Assembly: GCA_013265495.1 (NCBI GenBank)
Contig: MU058423.1
Location: 5,562,745-5,626,744 of the forward strand
Direction of reading: 5' to 3'
DNA length: 64,000 nucleotides
Origin: Vicugna vicugna
Lineage: Eukaryota
Part shown: positions 38,501-51,960 of the stretch, piece after piece
Layout: every line of letters begins with the position of its first letter
Numbering within the stretch: position 1 is the stretch's first letter
Made by a program: the position numbers and the translations under genes
Notes under the pieces: generated by a model
Seen by the model: only the letters and a program-made list of their open reading frames with translations
Databases searched by the model: none
What the model was told of the DNA's origin: nothing

Positions 38501-41500
38501 TTTTCTTCCTTCTCACTCTGACGTGGAAGATGTATATATAAAATATTAATGCATCCTTCAAACTCCTCTCACTTAAGTTATGTCTAAAGTAGCATATGTT
38601 TCCTTTTAAATATAATCTTTTATATACTCTTTCTCCATGAACTCTTCCTAAAATTCTTTTGAATACTGCCAGTAGTCAAATATTTATCATTGTCTTACAA
38701 TATTTTATTACACTTTGTAGAAAGGCCACCATAATATTTATTTAGTTGTAAATACATATATGGGTATTAGTAAAACTTGGAAATCTCCCATTTGTAATAA
38801 AAATACTTTTGACTGCCCTGCCCATCCTCTTGATTCAATATATACAACAATGTATGACACCATGAAAAATGTCAGAGATATATTTGATAATTTATTGAAG
38901 GCATCCTTAGCAAGATCTGTTTTACATCACTGATCATTTATGAACTACTAGGCACAAGACACTGCAATAGATAGCAACATAAAAATTAGCACTGCACAGC
39001 CAAGTTTTTAAAAGATTTTATAGCTTACTAAATCTCATTTCTTAACTTAATCATCTGAAGAGAAAAGTAGAATTTGCTATTCTATTATTAAAACAATGCT
39101 TTTAATATATTTGGAATTTCCCATTTTTTTCATATTCTGACATTTATTTACTTATTAGACATTTTAAACTATGCCCTTTGCTTCAGAGCCTCAGAGCACA
39201 AGCTGGATAAAACTTTCATTAAATATTTAAATAATGAGAAGAAACAATCAAACAGCAACATAATAACCAAACAAAAAAGCTCCCAGCATAAAACCACAGC
39301 TCTCACTTATTAAAACAGACTCCTTATTTAGAAAGAAAGAACGGTGTACAGTTTCTCTAGCATTATGTATTATTAATGCTAAAATTCAGTACAGTGAAAT
39401 CTGAATTTTGTACAGGGGACACTGTCTTCAATAATTAAAGAAGTAGATCAGTTTCCCAATCCTTGGCTTACCTCTTACCCAATTTGTTAAATAATTTAGG
39501 CACTTTATTAACAAAAGATGATTCATAGTTAGATTATTTGTATGATTCATTCTGATATGATAAAAATTTATTGAGCAATAAACCCTTTAAGATAGAATTT
39601 TATATATATACAGTAAACTGCCTCTACTAGTAATATTCATTGGTATATTTACCAAAAGAAAGACTCTGTACTAAGACAAATGGGTGAAAGAGGGAAAAGT
39701 ATACAACACCGTAAAAGCAGGATTCTGTTCATATGCCATTCCCATTAACATGGACAATTGCTATGTTAGAAAAGAATCACATATTTTCCCTAAAGAATGG
39801 CAAATGTTCTTGTGAACATTCAGAATATAGCCTGGCATAGAGTAGATTTTCATTTTGCACTGATTCAGGAAGGTATTTCCTAAAAATACTCTTACTTTAA
39901 TAGTTTGTACCACCATTTCACTGTGTTGATATCTTTATGTCTAAGACCTCTACACAGTTAAGCATAAGAACCATATTTAGTATTAAAATTAAGATTTTGT
40001 TTAATTTTATTTTATAACAAATAAACTACCTTTATTTCTCCTGAGGTAAAAGGCAAAAGGTATTTGATAAGTGATATTGGGTGATTTTGCTTTTGTTTTA
40101 ACTCAGAAGAACAGCACAGTGGCTCCAAATATGTAGACTATTTTTGAAAAATTTGCTCAATACTGTTTTTGAAACTGATAAAAGTTTGGCCATTCCTCCT
40201 CTGACAAAAGATCTCTTGGTTTGAATATATGAGAGCCACATTCAGAATCAAGCTAACTTAGAGATCACACGCAATGCGTAGTCTAGAAAGGATTCCTCTT
40301 TATCAGGAACATTCTGGGACCCAATGTTACGATCAAGTGATCTGATTTCATTTGGAGAGTTCTTATGATTTGGGTTGAAATAAACACATTTAATGTTGCA
40401 TTATGCAGTATTTTCATTTTTATTCGTTTGATAATTCCTTTGTCTGTTTAAACAAGGAAACCAGGATTGTGTTTAAAAATTGTAAGCTATCTTCCTTTAA
40501 CTTCCTATTTCCAATGAACTAATAAACAAAGTGTAATTTGTTACAATTTTAATTAAAATAAATTTCATTTTGCTGCATAAGTTGGATATTTTCCTTTCTT
40601 TCAAAAAGTTTTGTAATAAACATATGTATTTCCTATTCATCTCTATCACATTTTAAACTTTACAGAATATTGCTAAACAAAAAAATCATGGAAAAATCAT
40701 TGTTTAATTTCACTTTATGTTCTAAGCTGAAAAACACTATTCTTTAACTTTCCAATAAAATGTAAGTTATATTTCAAAACAATTTCTCCCAAGTCAGAAT
40801 CCTTTGTGAATTTACTCAGATGCAAGAGAAGATAGCTTCCCTTCAAAGTAGAAGAAATTGAAGTTTTTCAGGTTTTTCTTTTTTTACAAAGTAAAAATCA
40901 AACTTTTTTATAACTATTCTATGGGAAAGGATTACTGAACACAACTAATCTCTTCTTGTTAGATAAAGATGACCCACTTCTAAGTTTTAGTTCCATTTTA
41001 CATAGATATGACATTAATGCTCATTTTAAGTGTATTTTAATATTTATTAAATTTTCAGACTATTCAGGCACTACTTTAATTAATCCAGAAGTACAATTCT
41101 TATTTATCTTCCTGAAGTTTGTATTCTAAATTTTCATATGATAATTGCAATATTTATAGTGAAAAGTTTACAGAGAATTTCTCTGCTGTCCCTGCTCCTT
41201 CTGTTTCCCCCGCAAGTCTTTATCCCTCCCGGCTGCACAATGATCAGTGACTGGAAGGGGGAGATGATGCTCTTTCAGATGAGCAGTTCCCTTCATTGTT
41301 GGATTTCCCTTCAAAGAGGGTTGCGAACATAGTATCTTTAGCCAGTAATGAATTACCTTCTCTCTTGGATGACAGATTTATGCGTCTCTAGGTCTATCTC
41401 AGATTCCACCTCCAGGAGTCCCTTATCATCCACACACCAGGAAGCTAGGAAAGCAGACAAGGTAAAGAGATCTAATCTGAAAGTTACTGCAAACTTGAAT

Positions 41501-43021
41501 AAAAGACTGCCGTGTATGAAGGCAGCAGGATGGAGAGAAGATGCACCAGTCCCTTCAAGGAAGGCAGACAAATGAGGTGAGGTGTTCAGCTGACAAACAT
41601 CAATGCAGGAAAGGAAAACAAATTCCTACACAGTTTATAGTTTTTCTTGTCTCAGCGTAAGCAGGGTCAGCTCCTCCTAGTCAGATCACCAGTGAAGCTA
41701 ATGCCACCGGTAAGCTAGCCAAGACTCTGGGGTAAATCCAATCCTTTCTTGCCAACTGATACTGCTTACTGAAAGGCTTCTTTTCCCTGTGCTCCCAAAA
41801 TGGCAAGAACAGACAGTTACTCATATTTTATTAGGAGCTATTCAGTTCTGGGACAATCTAGAGATGAATGAAAAAGGAAAAAACTAAAGAGTGCAATGTT
41901 GACTGCTTAGTTAGAACTCACTACTAGAGGGAATAATCCTAACTCTGGTCAAACTATAAAGGGAAGAAAGGAAGAAAGGAGGCTGTATGTTATTGCAAAA
42001 GGCCAGGACACTGGAAAGGGTGTTGTAGAAAGATGCACTGGAGGATGCAGGAATTGCAAGGACACGGCGATCAGGAAAGCCCAGAAGGTTGGGGAGCGGT
42101 TGACAAGGGTCTTTAAAATGAACAGATTTAGGGAATCTCAAAGGTGGGAACTGGTGATGCTGGTGCTGCTCATCCTGGAGCTTCCTAAGAAATTCCTCAC
42201 TTTCCCTTTAATGATGGATCAACACAAGTTGCTGGTATTTCAGGTCAGCCTTCTCTTTCTTCCTTTCCCTCTGCTTTTACCACACAGATACGTCTTCTTT
42301 CTGAGAAACATGCCTTGTTACTTTTCTTAATTTTCCTGTAAATCTACTGGAGAGAGACCTGCTATGCAACTTCCGGGCTACCACAACCTATACTCTGGAT
42401 AGAGTCTGTGAGGCTCCTGGGGGAACATTAACTTTAGTTAACTATGTGCTTTCTGAAAATAAAAGGCTGTAACCAAGAGCGGCAGTCTCATACCAGCCTG
42501 GAACAGCACCCCAGGTTACACTGGGCTGGGGTATGACGGAGAGTGGCACTCCCACACCTTTGCTGGCAAAGCACTCTGATCTGAGCAAATCACTGCATCA
42601 CTTTGGGCCCTAGAGAATGATGAGACTCATTTAATTTGAGATACAGAACAATAAAAAATAGTTCACCAAAAGAATAACCTATGGTCATATTTAAAACAAT
42701 ATCCTTTGTCACTATCTCAATTAAAAGGAACACAATGATAACAAAGTAATAAAAAATTAAGAAGAACTTAAATGAGACCCTCATCTGTAATACTATACTA
42801 CCAATAAAAGAGGAAGGCAAATTTGATAATGATGATTAATCACCAAACAGGTTTGTACAAAATCTTACTATTAATCTCTGTAGTTTCCCCAATTCTGCAA
42901 CCACTCTCACTACTGACTTGGGTACCACTGTCTGCAAAGTATTCGTCTGTAATTTATCTATGTTCTAATTTTTCTCTCTTTATTTTTCTGTTCTGCTAGG
43001 GGAAGGATCTAAATTATTATT

Positions 43022-43293
43022 TATAATGGAGTCCAGTATTTATGTCAAAGTGTCCCTCAAGGGTTTTAGGACTTTCCTACACTTTTTTCTAGTCATTTAC
43101 AGGAGAACTCAGAGAAATTTGTCCTACCAAAGGGATCTACAAGGATTCAAAATGTAGATGACTCGCTGGTGTCCTCAGAAACTTGACAGCATTGCGAAAT
43201 TGATATTTCAGCTTTGCTATAGTTCTTTGCTTCACAGTTCATAAGGCCTCACCAAACAAACTGCAGTACTGCTCAACTGAAGTCTAATATTTA
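43022..43293 (+). pseudogene. pol: Isolated class I ERV reverse-transcriptase fragment
   Basis: YNGVQYLCQSVPQGF*DFPTLFSSHLQE...GSTRIQNVDDSLVSSET...ALL*FFA..HKASPNKLQYCSTEV*YL has the LPQG, (Y)VDD and KLQ..EVxYL RT motifs. Confidence 0.8.
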
Positions 43294-43552
43294 CTGCATC
43301 TACTGTCAGCTGTAGGCCACAGAGTGTTACAATCAGCTCATTTTTCAGATAAAACAACTTCCTACCACAAAATACAAGAAAACAAAAATCAAAAAAACCC
43401 AAAATCAAAACAATACACTACTTTGGGTACTAGTACAACATTGTAGACAGTGGGTTCTAGCTTTTGAAGAGAAAACGAAACCTCTGATGGAACAATTGTG
43501 TGGTAATTAATTACCTACATCCTAAGGTTTGGTCCCTAAAATCTTAAGAAGC

Positions 43553-45938
43553 TTTTTAAAAATTGAAGTACAGTTGATTTACAGTATTGTATCAGTTTCT
43601 GGTATAAAACAGAGTGATTTAACATTTTTATAGATTGTACTCTATCTAAAGTTATTACCAAGTACTGGTTACATTCCCTGTGCTGTAGCTTATTTATTTT
43701 ATACATAGTAGTTTGTAGCTCTGAATAACCTACCTCTAATTTGTCCCTCTCCCTTCCCTCTCCCCACTGGTAGCCATTAGTTTGTTCTCTATATCTGGTG
43801 AGTCTGTTTCAGTTTTGTTATATTCGTTTTATTTTTTATATTCCATATATAAGTGATAACATAGAGTATGTCTTTCTGTGACTCATTTCACTAAGCATAA
43901 TACCCTCCAGGTCCATCCACGTTGTTGCACAGGGGAGAATTTCATTCTCTTTTATGACTGAGTAATACGCCATCGTATGCATGTATGTGAGTGTATATAC
44001 GTTGTGTATATATTTATATACACACACATTTTCTTTATCTATTCATCTGTTGATGGACACTTAGGCTGTTTCCATATCTTGGCTATTTTAAATAATGCTC
44101 TATAAACATTGGGTTACATGTAACTTTTAAAATCACTGTTTTCATTTCTTTCTGATACATACACACCCAGGAGTAGAACTGCTGGACTACATGGTAATTT
44201 TATTTTTCATTTTTTGAGGAACCTCTATGTCGTATTCCATACTGGCTGCACCAATTAACATTCCTACCAACAGTGTACTAGTGTCCTCTTTTCTCCACAT
44301 CCTCATCGGCGTTTGTTATTTGTGGTCTTTTTGAAGATAGCCGTTCTCACAGGTGTGATGGGATATCTCATTGTGCTTTTCATTTGCAATTCTCTGATGA
44401 TTAGCAATGTTGAGTATATTTTATGTGCCTATTGGCCACCTGTATGTCATCTTTGGAAAAATGTCTGTTCAGATCTTCTGCACACTTTTTAATCAGTTTT
44501 TTTGATACTGACTTGTGTGAGCTGTTTATCTATTTGGATATTAATCCTTTATCAATCGTATCATTTGCAAACATTTTTCTCCCATTCAGGAGGTGGTCTT
44601 TTCATTTTGTTAATGGTTTCTTTTGCTTTGCAAAAGTCTTTAAGTTTAATTAGGTCCATTTATTTATTTTTGCTTTTGTTTCCTGTGCCTTATGAGAGAG
44701 ATCCAAAAAATTACTGCTACAATTTATGTCAAAGACTGTTCTGTGTTCTCTTCCAGGAGTTCTATGGCTTCCAGTCTTAAATCTTAGATTTTTAATTCAT
44801 TTTGAGTTTACTCTTGTATATGATATAAGAAAATGTTCTGATTTCATTCTTTTACATGAAGTTGTCCAGTTATCCCAGCACCACTGATTGAAGACACTAT
44901 CTTTTTCTCCTTTGTCATAGATTAATTGACTCTTGGGGCACAGGCTTATTTCTGGCTCCTAAGTCTGTTCCATTGATCTATGTGTCTGTTTTTGTACCGG
45001 TACTACATTGTCTTGATCACTGTAGCTTTGTAGTTTAGCCTGAAGTCAGGTAGCATGATAACCCCAGGTTTGTTCTTTTTTGTTTTTTTTTGATTGCTTT
45101 GGCAATCTGGGTCTTTTCTGGTTCTACTTAATTTTTAGGATTATTTGTGTTAGTTCTGTGAAAAATGTCATGGGTATTTTGATGGGGGTTACATTAAAAC
45201 TACAGATTGCCTTAGGTAGTAGGGACATTTTAACAATATTAATTCTTCATATCTAAGAACACAGGGTATCTTTCCATTTTGTTGTGTTATTTTCAAATTC
45301 TTTCATCAACGTTTTACAGTTTTCAGAGTGTAGGTCTTTCACCTCCTTGGTTAAGTTTATTCCTAAGTATTTTTTTTGATGCAATTTTAAATGGAGTGTT
45401 GTGCTGCTTTCTCTTTCTGAGGGTTCATTGTTAGTGCATAGAAAAGAAACAGATTTTTGTATATTAATCTTGTATGCTATAGCTTGACTGAATTGATTTA
45501 TTAGTTCTAACAAATTTTTGGTGGAGACTTTAGGCTTTTCTATATAATCATATAATCTGCAAATAGTGACAGTTTTACTTCTTCCCTTCCAGTTTGGTTG
45601 CTTTTATTTCTTTTTCTTACCTGACTGCTCTGGCTGACTTTCAAAACTCTGTTAAATAGAAGTGGTGAGAGTGGGCATCCTTGTCTTGTTCCTGATTTTA
45701 GAGGAAAGGCTTTCAGCTTTTCACCACTGAGTATGATGTTAGCTGTGGGTTTGTCATAAACGTCCTTTATTATGTTGAGGTATGTTCCCTCTATACCAAT
45801 TTTGATGAGAGTTTGTTTTTTTTTATCATGAATAGAGGCTGAATTTTGTCAGATGCTTATTATGACTCTAGTGAGATCATGTGACTTTTATCCTTCCTTT
45901 TTTTACTGTGATGTATCACATTAACTGATTTGCAGATG
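43553..45938 (-). mobile_element. L1 (L1MA9/artiodactyl-type), 3' ~2.4 kb
   Basis: Antisense 3' end ttgaagtacagttgatttacagtattgt; minus ORFs ENEILPCATTWMDLEGIMLSE and YLGINLTKEVKDLHSEN. Confidence 0.9.
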
Positions 45939-46199
45939 AAGAGACTTTTTTATACGTGAAATTGGTTATAGCTTTTCCCCTACTTTAAAAATTGGAGCAT
46001 TTTTAATAGAGTTTTTACCTCAAAAAAGCTATTGTATCTTATGCAAAATTGATGGCTGATTTGTCAGAGATAAAACTTCACAACTGCCTGCTCAGATATC
46101 AGTATTTCGTATTACAGTTCACCGAGGGTAGACGGATGAAGTTTCTAAAGATCCTAACAGATAAGGTAATGCCTCCTAAAGTTGGGGTGGGGCAGCTGC

Positions 46200-46332
46200 G
46201 TTGCATGGGCAACACATTCAGATGCTACTCTTTTCGGGAAACAACCTCACAGACACAACCAGAAATCATGTTTGACTAGGTATCTGGGCATTCCTTAGCC
46301 CAGGCAAATTGACACATAAAATTTACCATCAA
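46200..46332 (-). mobile_element. MLT2 (ERVL) LTR fragment
   Basis: ctcacagacacaaccagaaatcatgtttgac...ttgacacataaaatttaccatca. Confidence 0.65.
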
Positions 46333-46614
46333 AGTAAAAAAACAACTAACCTGGATTCGTGCTTCCCACATAAAGCCAACATCTCAAGAAGACTGAACTA
46401 TGGTTCCCACAAAGGATCTGAAACTTAAGTAGCCTAGAATAAGTGATATTTTTACTGAATTCAAGTGAAAGTAGCTCATCTAGCAAACTTATTACTGTTC
46501 TCACAGACTTTCCTGTTCTCCTATCCACGGTAAGGTTAATCACTTTAAGAAGCCCACTTCACTAGAGAACAAGCATGTTATTTGTTACCTTATGTTTCAT
46601 TTCTATACTCCCAG

Positions 46615-47075
46615 TGTTATGAGTTGAATTATGTCCCTCAAATATTCACATGTTGAAGTATACCAACATCTCAGGATGTCTCTGTAATTGGAAAACAGGG
46701 TGTTGCCAACGTAGTTAGTTAAGATGAGGTCATATTGGGGTCGGGTGGGCTCCTAATCCAGTACAACTGACGTCTGCATAAAGAAGGGAAATATGGACAC
46801 AGATACATACACAAAGAGAACACCACATACAGGTGAGGGCTGAAGTCACAGTGATGCTTCCACAAGCCAAGGAACAACAAAGACTGCCAGTGAACCAACA
46901 GACGGTATGTGAGAGGAATCAAACAGAGCCTCCCTCACTGCCCTCAGAAGGAACCAATTCTGCTAACATTTTAATCTTGGACTTCCAAGCCTCCAGAACT
47001 GTGAAATAATAAATTTGTTTCTTAAGCCATCTAGTCCATGGTACTCTGTTACAGCAGCTCTAGCAAACTAACATA
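46615..47075 (+). mobile_element. MaLR solo LTR (MLT1B/C-like)
   Basis: TGTTATGAGTTGAATT start, cctccagaactgtga/aataaa 3' part; perfect 5-bp TSD CCCAG (46610-46614 / 47076-47080). Confidence 0.9.
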
Positions 47076-48259
47076 CCCAGGAGTGGTTATCACAATCTCA
47101 TTTCCTATCACCTCCAACTGCATTTACAGTAGAAATAGGGTCTGGATTTAAAACTCTAATAATCTAATTCTTTGATCACACAGATCAAAGTAAAAGTGAG
47201 ACCACTTCCATTAATAATTTTTGATAACAACAAAGTAAAAGTAATTAACATCTGGCCAGGTACTCAAGCCCTAAATTTGACACAAAAATTTTGACACCTT
47301 CTGGAAGTATGATGTAGGAAAAAAAAATCTAATTAATACACAAACAGAAATCTGGCAGTTACAGCTAAAGATCGCAAAAAACAGATCCAGCGTTACCTGA
47401 TTAACTTTGGGATGCAAACTCTCTCCAAGCCCAATACTGATGGATTTAACAAAGGCGGGTGCCTGTTATTCATGGAGATTTAGCTGGCTGTTACAATAGT
47501 ATAATTATTGATTTAGACCCAATGCCAAAATAAAAACAAAAACAAACCAAAAGCCCACAAGATGGGTTTGTCCTCAAGACTTAAAATAGGGTACACATGA
47601 ACACTGGAAGTTCAATGTGTACCTTTCAGTGAGTACTTCATAGTAAGACTTTACATACTAGATGATGGCCCTGGATATCACTGCATTTCACATCTAGGAA
47701 ATAGTAAAACCACTGGAAATACAGAACAGTTACTAAAAAGACTAAATTGTCTTATCAATGTGATGGCAGTTGTGACTGACTGACACTCAGAATTTATTGG
47801 GCCTTGTGAGGGAAATTTCTAGTTAAAAATTTAGACTTTAAGGCTCTAGAGTTGAGCTATTTCTTAGGTTTGAATGAGACAGGACTTTATAAGGAACCAC
47901 CAAATGATATTCTATAGGTAATCATTTAAAAACACAAGCAATTAGGACACACAGCAATTGGTAAATTAATACATGGCTAAGACACATTTGTAAATTGCTA
48001 ATTAAAAATCTAACTTAACCATTCACCACTGCTATGACACATTCAGAGGTTATTCTCTCAAGGCAAATAAAGTACTGACTTTTAAAAAGTAAATAATTCT
48101 GTTATTTAATTGTCATTCTGACAGCTGCTTTGCTTTATATTTTACTGTGGATTTGCTGGATATTTAGGCTGCTGTAACTTGTCCAGAGAAAGGACAAATT
48201 ACAATGAAAATAATTAAAATTTGTAATGTTACGATTTTATAGTAACACAGGGAAGAGAT

Positions 48260-48945
48260 TGTAAGGACAGATACAAACTGTAAATAAGAGACAATTCCTC
48301 CATTAAAAAAAAAAGGAAAGAGACCTACCCTCCCCTATTTTCTGAGAGCATTAATTTTAGAAAACTTTGTAGTGAATTCTTTTTCTGTCTCTTTGAAATA
48401 TATGTAATTATTTTTTAAAGCTAAGTAAGTATCTTGCCAACTTTAAGACCCAGGAATTTCTTTCTTAAGAATCTGAGTACCATCTCTTTGAAATGTAAAC
48501 ATCAAAAGTGCATCTCTCCCAATTTCTGTGAGAAAGTAAGAGACTAATTTGGGCATGAGCCTCCCTCCCAGTTGCAAAACCACCTCTTGACATAAAAAAT
48601 GAGAAGTTTATTTTCCTTTTAGATTAAGTCAAAAAGCTAACATAGATGTTCACCCCAAACATTAAGTGAATTTAAGATGAACTACATGTGACAAATGATG
48701 TTGTCAAGTTCTTACTTGAAGACAAGTTGTTTATCTGAGAACATGCATGTAATGGATTATATCTGCTTGGCTCCATAAAGGGGAAGATTTCTTTCTGCCT
48801 TTGTGATCTCTTAGTGGATTGCCTTTGATGTGCCCCACATTCTTTTTTAATGTTTATTCATAATAAAACTATTTCCTTCCCTTCTGCTCTTGTGGAGAGA
48901 TTTTCTGGGTTGGGAAAATATTTCATACTTAATTATATATACTTA
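48260..48945 (+). mobile_element. ERV1 solo LTR (MER110/MER90-like)
   Basis: tctctttgaaatgtaaacatcaa...gacccagga...AATAAA...ttttctgggttggga layout. Confidence 0.6.
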
Positions 48946-50789
48946 AAAACTTTACAGAGTTATTCTAGAAGAGTAAGGAACAGATCAACCTCACTTATGA
49001 TATACATACAGAATCCTTATATAATGGTTAAGGATGAATGATAAAATATATACATGGGTATCCACTGTGACATTGTTTTCAATAACAAAGACTGCAAAGA
49101 TTTAATATTTAACAACTGACAGAACTTCACATTGTAAAACATTCATTTTAGTAAGTATGTAGCCAATGAAGTAACATTTCAAAGAGTGAAGTGGGGCAAA
49201 GAAGCTAGTATCCAAATTTTAACCTGTGATCTGATTTTACCTTTATGCTTATCTTTATCTACCACACCTCCTGGTCTCAATCTACTTGATTTCCATATCG
49301 CACTTCCAATTCCGTCTAAAAGTTTCAGCTATTGATTAGCTCAGCCTTTCATTGCGTGTGTGTCCTCTGGGAGCAACACTCAGTCAGAGGGTAATCTGAC
49401 TTCAGTTTCTTCTGCAGTTCCCTTAATGAAAAATATTTTTTTTAAAAAATAGGACTGATATTGAAATTATTGGAAAATCCATTATGTGACAGAAAAGGAT
49501 GTTTGTCTACAGAATTTCAAAAATATAATCATTTATACATACATTTGAAATCTTTTTGCCATCTCTAGGTAGAATATCTGGACACAGCTTCATGAAAGGA
49601 AATCTGAACCACGTATTACCTCCCATCACTCTGAGATGTTGCACATGGTGAATATTAATGTCCAAAAAACTAAATTGAGATTCTGGTCAATGAAGCCCCT
49701 TCTTCTACTGCTCTTGGAAAAGCTCTATTACCAACCTGATACTTCCTTAGTTTCTTGCTTTTTTTTTTCAACATCTTACCATTTGTAATAAAGCCCTGTT
49801 TTAAGTTGTCTTTGGATTCATCTGTCTGGATATCCAGTACCCCAACCAGACTCTGGTTAACCTGTTCCAAAGACAATCTTAACAACTGTCTACCCTCCAT
49901 TATTTCTCAGAATGCGAGGCACACAGTAAATCCTCAATATTAGTTAAATAACTATAAGAAGAGGAGAGAGGGAAAGAAAGTATGATGGAAAAAGAAAAAC
50001 AAGGGAGGGAGGATCTGACTCTCTTGAGTTAGTTCAAACATTGAATATCTTGGAGATTAAACATGATCTCTTAATTACATTCAATCATGATCTCTAAAAC
50101 GATCATGCATAATCAACTCAAGCAGGGTTTTGGAAATTTTTTTTTTTAAATCAAATTTGCAGTTCTACTAAGTTCTTGTAAGTACTAATACAGATTATTT
50201 GTGTGTTAATTTGTCATGACAAATAGCTTAGAGTTCTTTTGTAGATAATACTCCCATTTTTAAGTAACTATATTAGAGATAAAAGTTTGATCATTAAATT
50301 GCTGAGTACTCAATTAAAGTACACGAAATACGAACTATTTTAGGCAACTGGTTCCTAATAACTGGGCATCAGAAAAAATTAAAAACTATTTGTTGGCATA
50401 TTTGGAGATTCATTCAATTGTTCTTACCTTCTGTGAATCCTACTTCTTTTGTTACTATAATTAATCGACAGAATTTATTACATGATTTTTAAAATGTACA
50501 CATAATGTTTAATATAACAGTTCCAAAGCCTTGCGTATCTTCTGTTCCAGATTATTTCAATTTTCTATTATTTCATTCTGTCAAGAAAAATGTTAATGTA
50601 TACTTCTCATGTTAATAATTAATGGATAAATTGATTTAAAAGTTATCAAGAAAAATACCCTGTCTATAAGGAATTCATAAATTAGTTCATGTAAAAAATA
50701 GTTATTTAACATTATCTGAGAAGTAATATAGCATAACTGTTAACAGCTTTAATTCTGGACTCAGACAACCCGAGCTCAACACTGTTTTG

Positions 50790-51195
50790 TGTTACAACAC
50801 GGTGGGCAGGATTATCTCCCTTTCCCAAACCAGTTCAGATGTCAAAGACTGATGATGTCAAAGTCACACACAGCCAAAAATATATAGTGTTTTTGTAACT
50901 TACATTCTGAGGTTTCTCAGGAGAGATGGGCAGCATCTGAACCTGTCTTAAACGTCTTGAGCTGAAGGAGCCACTGGCTTTGGTTTTTACTGTGGTCAGG
51001 GTATAGGACTAGGGTGAGAATTCCAACATGCGGGCAAAGGTTTATGCTTACACCTGTCACTGTTGTCAAGAGACAGAGCACTTGTGCTTTCTTAGTGACC
51101 TGTCCAGATGTGGAGCAAGAGAGGATGAGAGAAGGCTGGGGACCAAATGATGTCAGTGGTCAAGCACAAAAATGGAGTCAGACTCTTAATTACAA
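50790..51195 (-). mobile_element. ERVL LTR (MER76/MER77-like) inserted in a MIR
   Basis: Reverse complement starts TGTAATTAAGAGTCTGACTCCATTTTTG; MIR-like sequence on both flanks. Confidence 0.65.
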
Positions 51196-51411
51196 CAACC
51201 TAACCCCATTACTTCCTACTCTGAGACCTTGGTAAACTACTTTACTCACTATATAATCAGCATAATAGCAAATTCTTTCTCATAGATTTGCTTTGCTTAC
51301 TTTATAAATAAAATGTGGATAATACAATTCCTTATCACATAGTCAAATGTGTATTTTATGAGTATTAAGTGGGTTAAATTTAAATGGGCATATGGGTATA
51401 ATGGCACATAC

Positions 51412-51414
<3 letters not shown>

Positions 51415-51445
<31 letters not shown>
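51415..51445. repeat. (TG)n microsatellite
   Basis: Read directly. Confidence 0.95.
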
Positions 51446-51449
<4 letters not shown>

Positions 51450-51499
51450 CTCCTTAGAAACTTTTCTGGCACACAGAATTATCTCAGAACCAATTTCTT

Positions 51500-51960
51500 C
51501 TTATGCAACCATTATGTGATAGACCCTTTGTGCTAAGATGAGAATGCGGCATTTAACTACTATCAAGAGCTCACACTGTAACTGGGGAGAGCTAAAAATA
51601 ACTAGGATTAGTGCTATAAATGAGAGAAAGGAGATAGTTTAGATATAGAGAAGGGAAAGCTTAATTCTAGCTATGGAGCAGTTAAAAATTGAAGTCCACT
51701 TTGAAGGCTGAGTAGTGTTCACAGGGAGAGAAGTAGATAAAACTCCTTTTCACAGAGGGAATGCCCTAAACAAAAACACTGAGGTACGGGAAGTGTAAGG
51801 TATGGAGTGGAATGACAATCAGAGTGCAGGCTTCGTGGGAAGGACTGGACGTCCATAGGACAACCAGAGAGCTATGAAAGAATTCTAGTAAATTGCAAAA
51901 TTGTGCATTATAAATTGTAAAACCCATGTAAGATTTCAAAAATAGAAGTGAATGACAATG
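51500..51960 (-). mobile_element. LINE-2 fragment
   Basis: caagagctcacactgtaactggggaga...ttgaaggctgagtag...cacagagggaatgcc...aaacactgaggt. Confidence 0.6.

Larger units (their letters stand above)
41911..49861 (-). pseudogene. Cluster of exon-like blocks of an unidentified, apparently decayed multi-exon gene
   Basis: AG...GT-bounded blocks 49736-49861, 47623-47693, 47397-47487, 46351-46433, 42869-42995, 42679-42715 and 41911-42335 (no donor identified for the last); the joined frame is protein-like and partly coiled-coil-like, with scattered stops. Confidence 0.4.
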
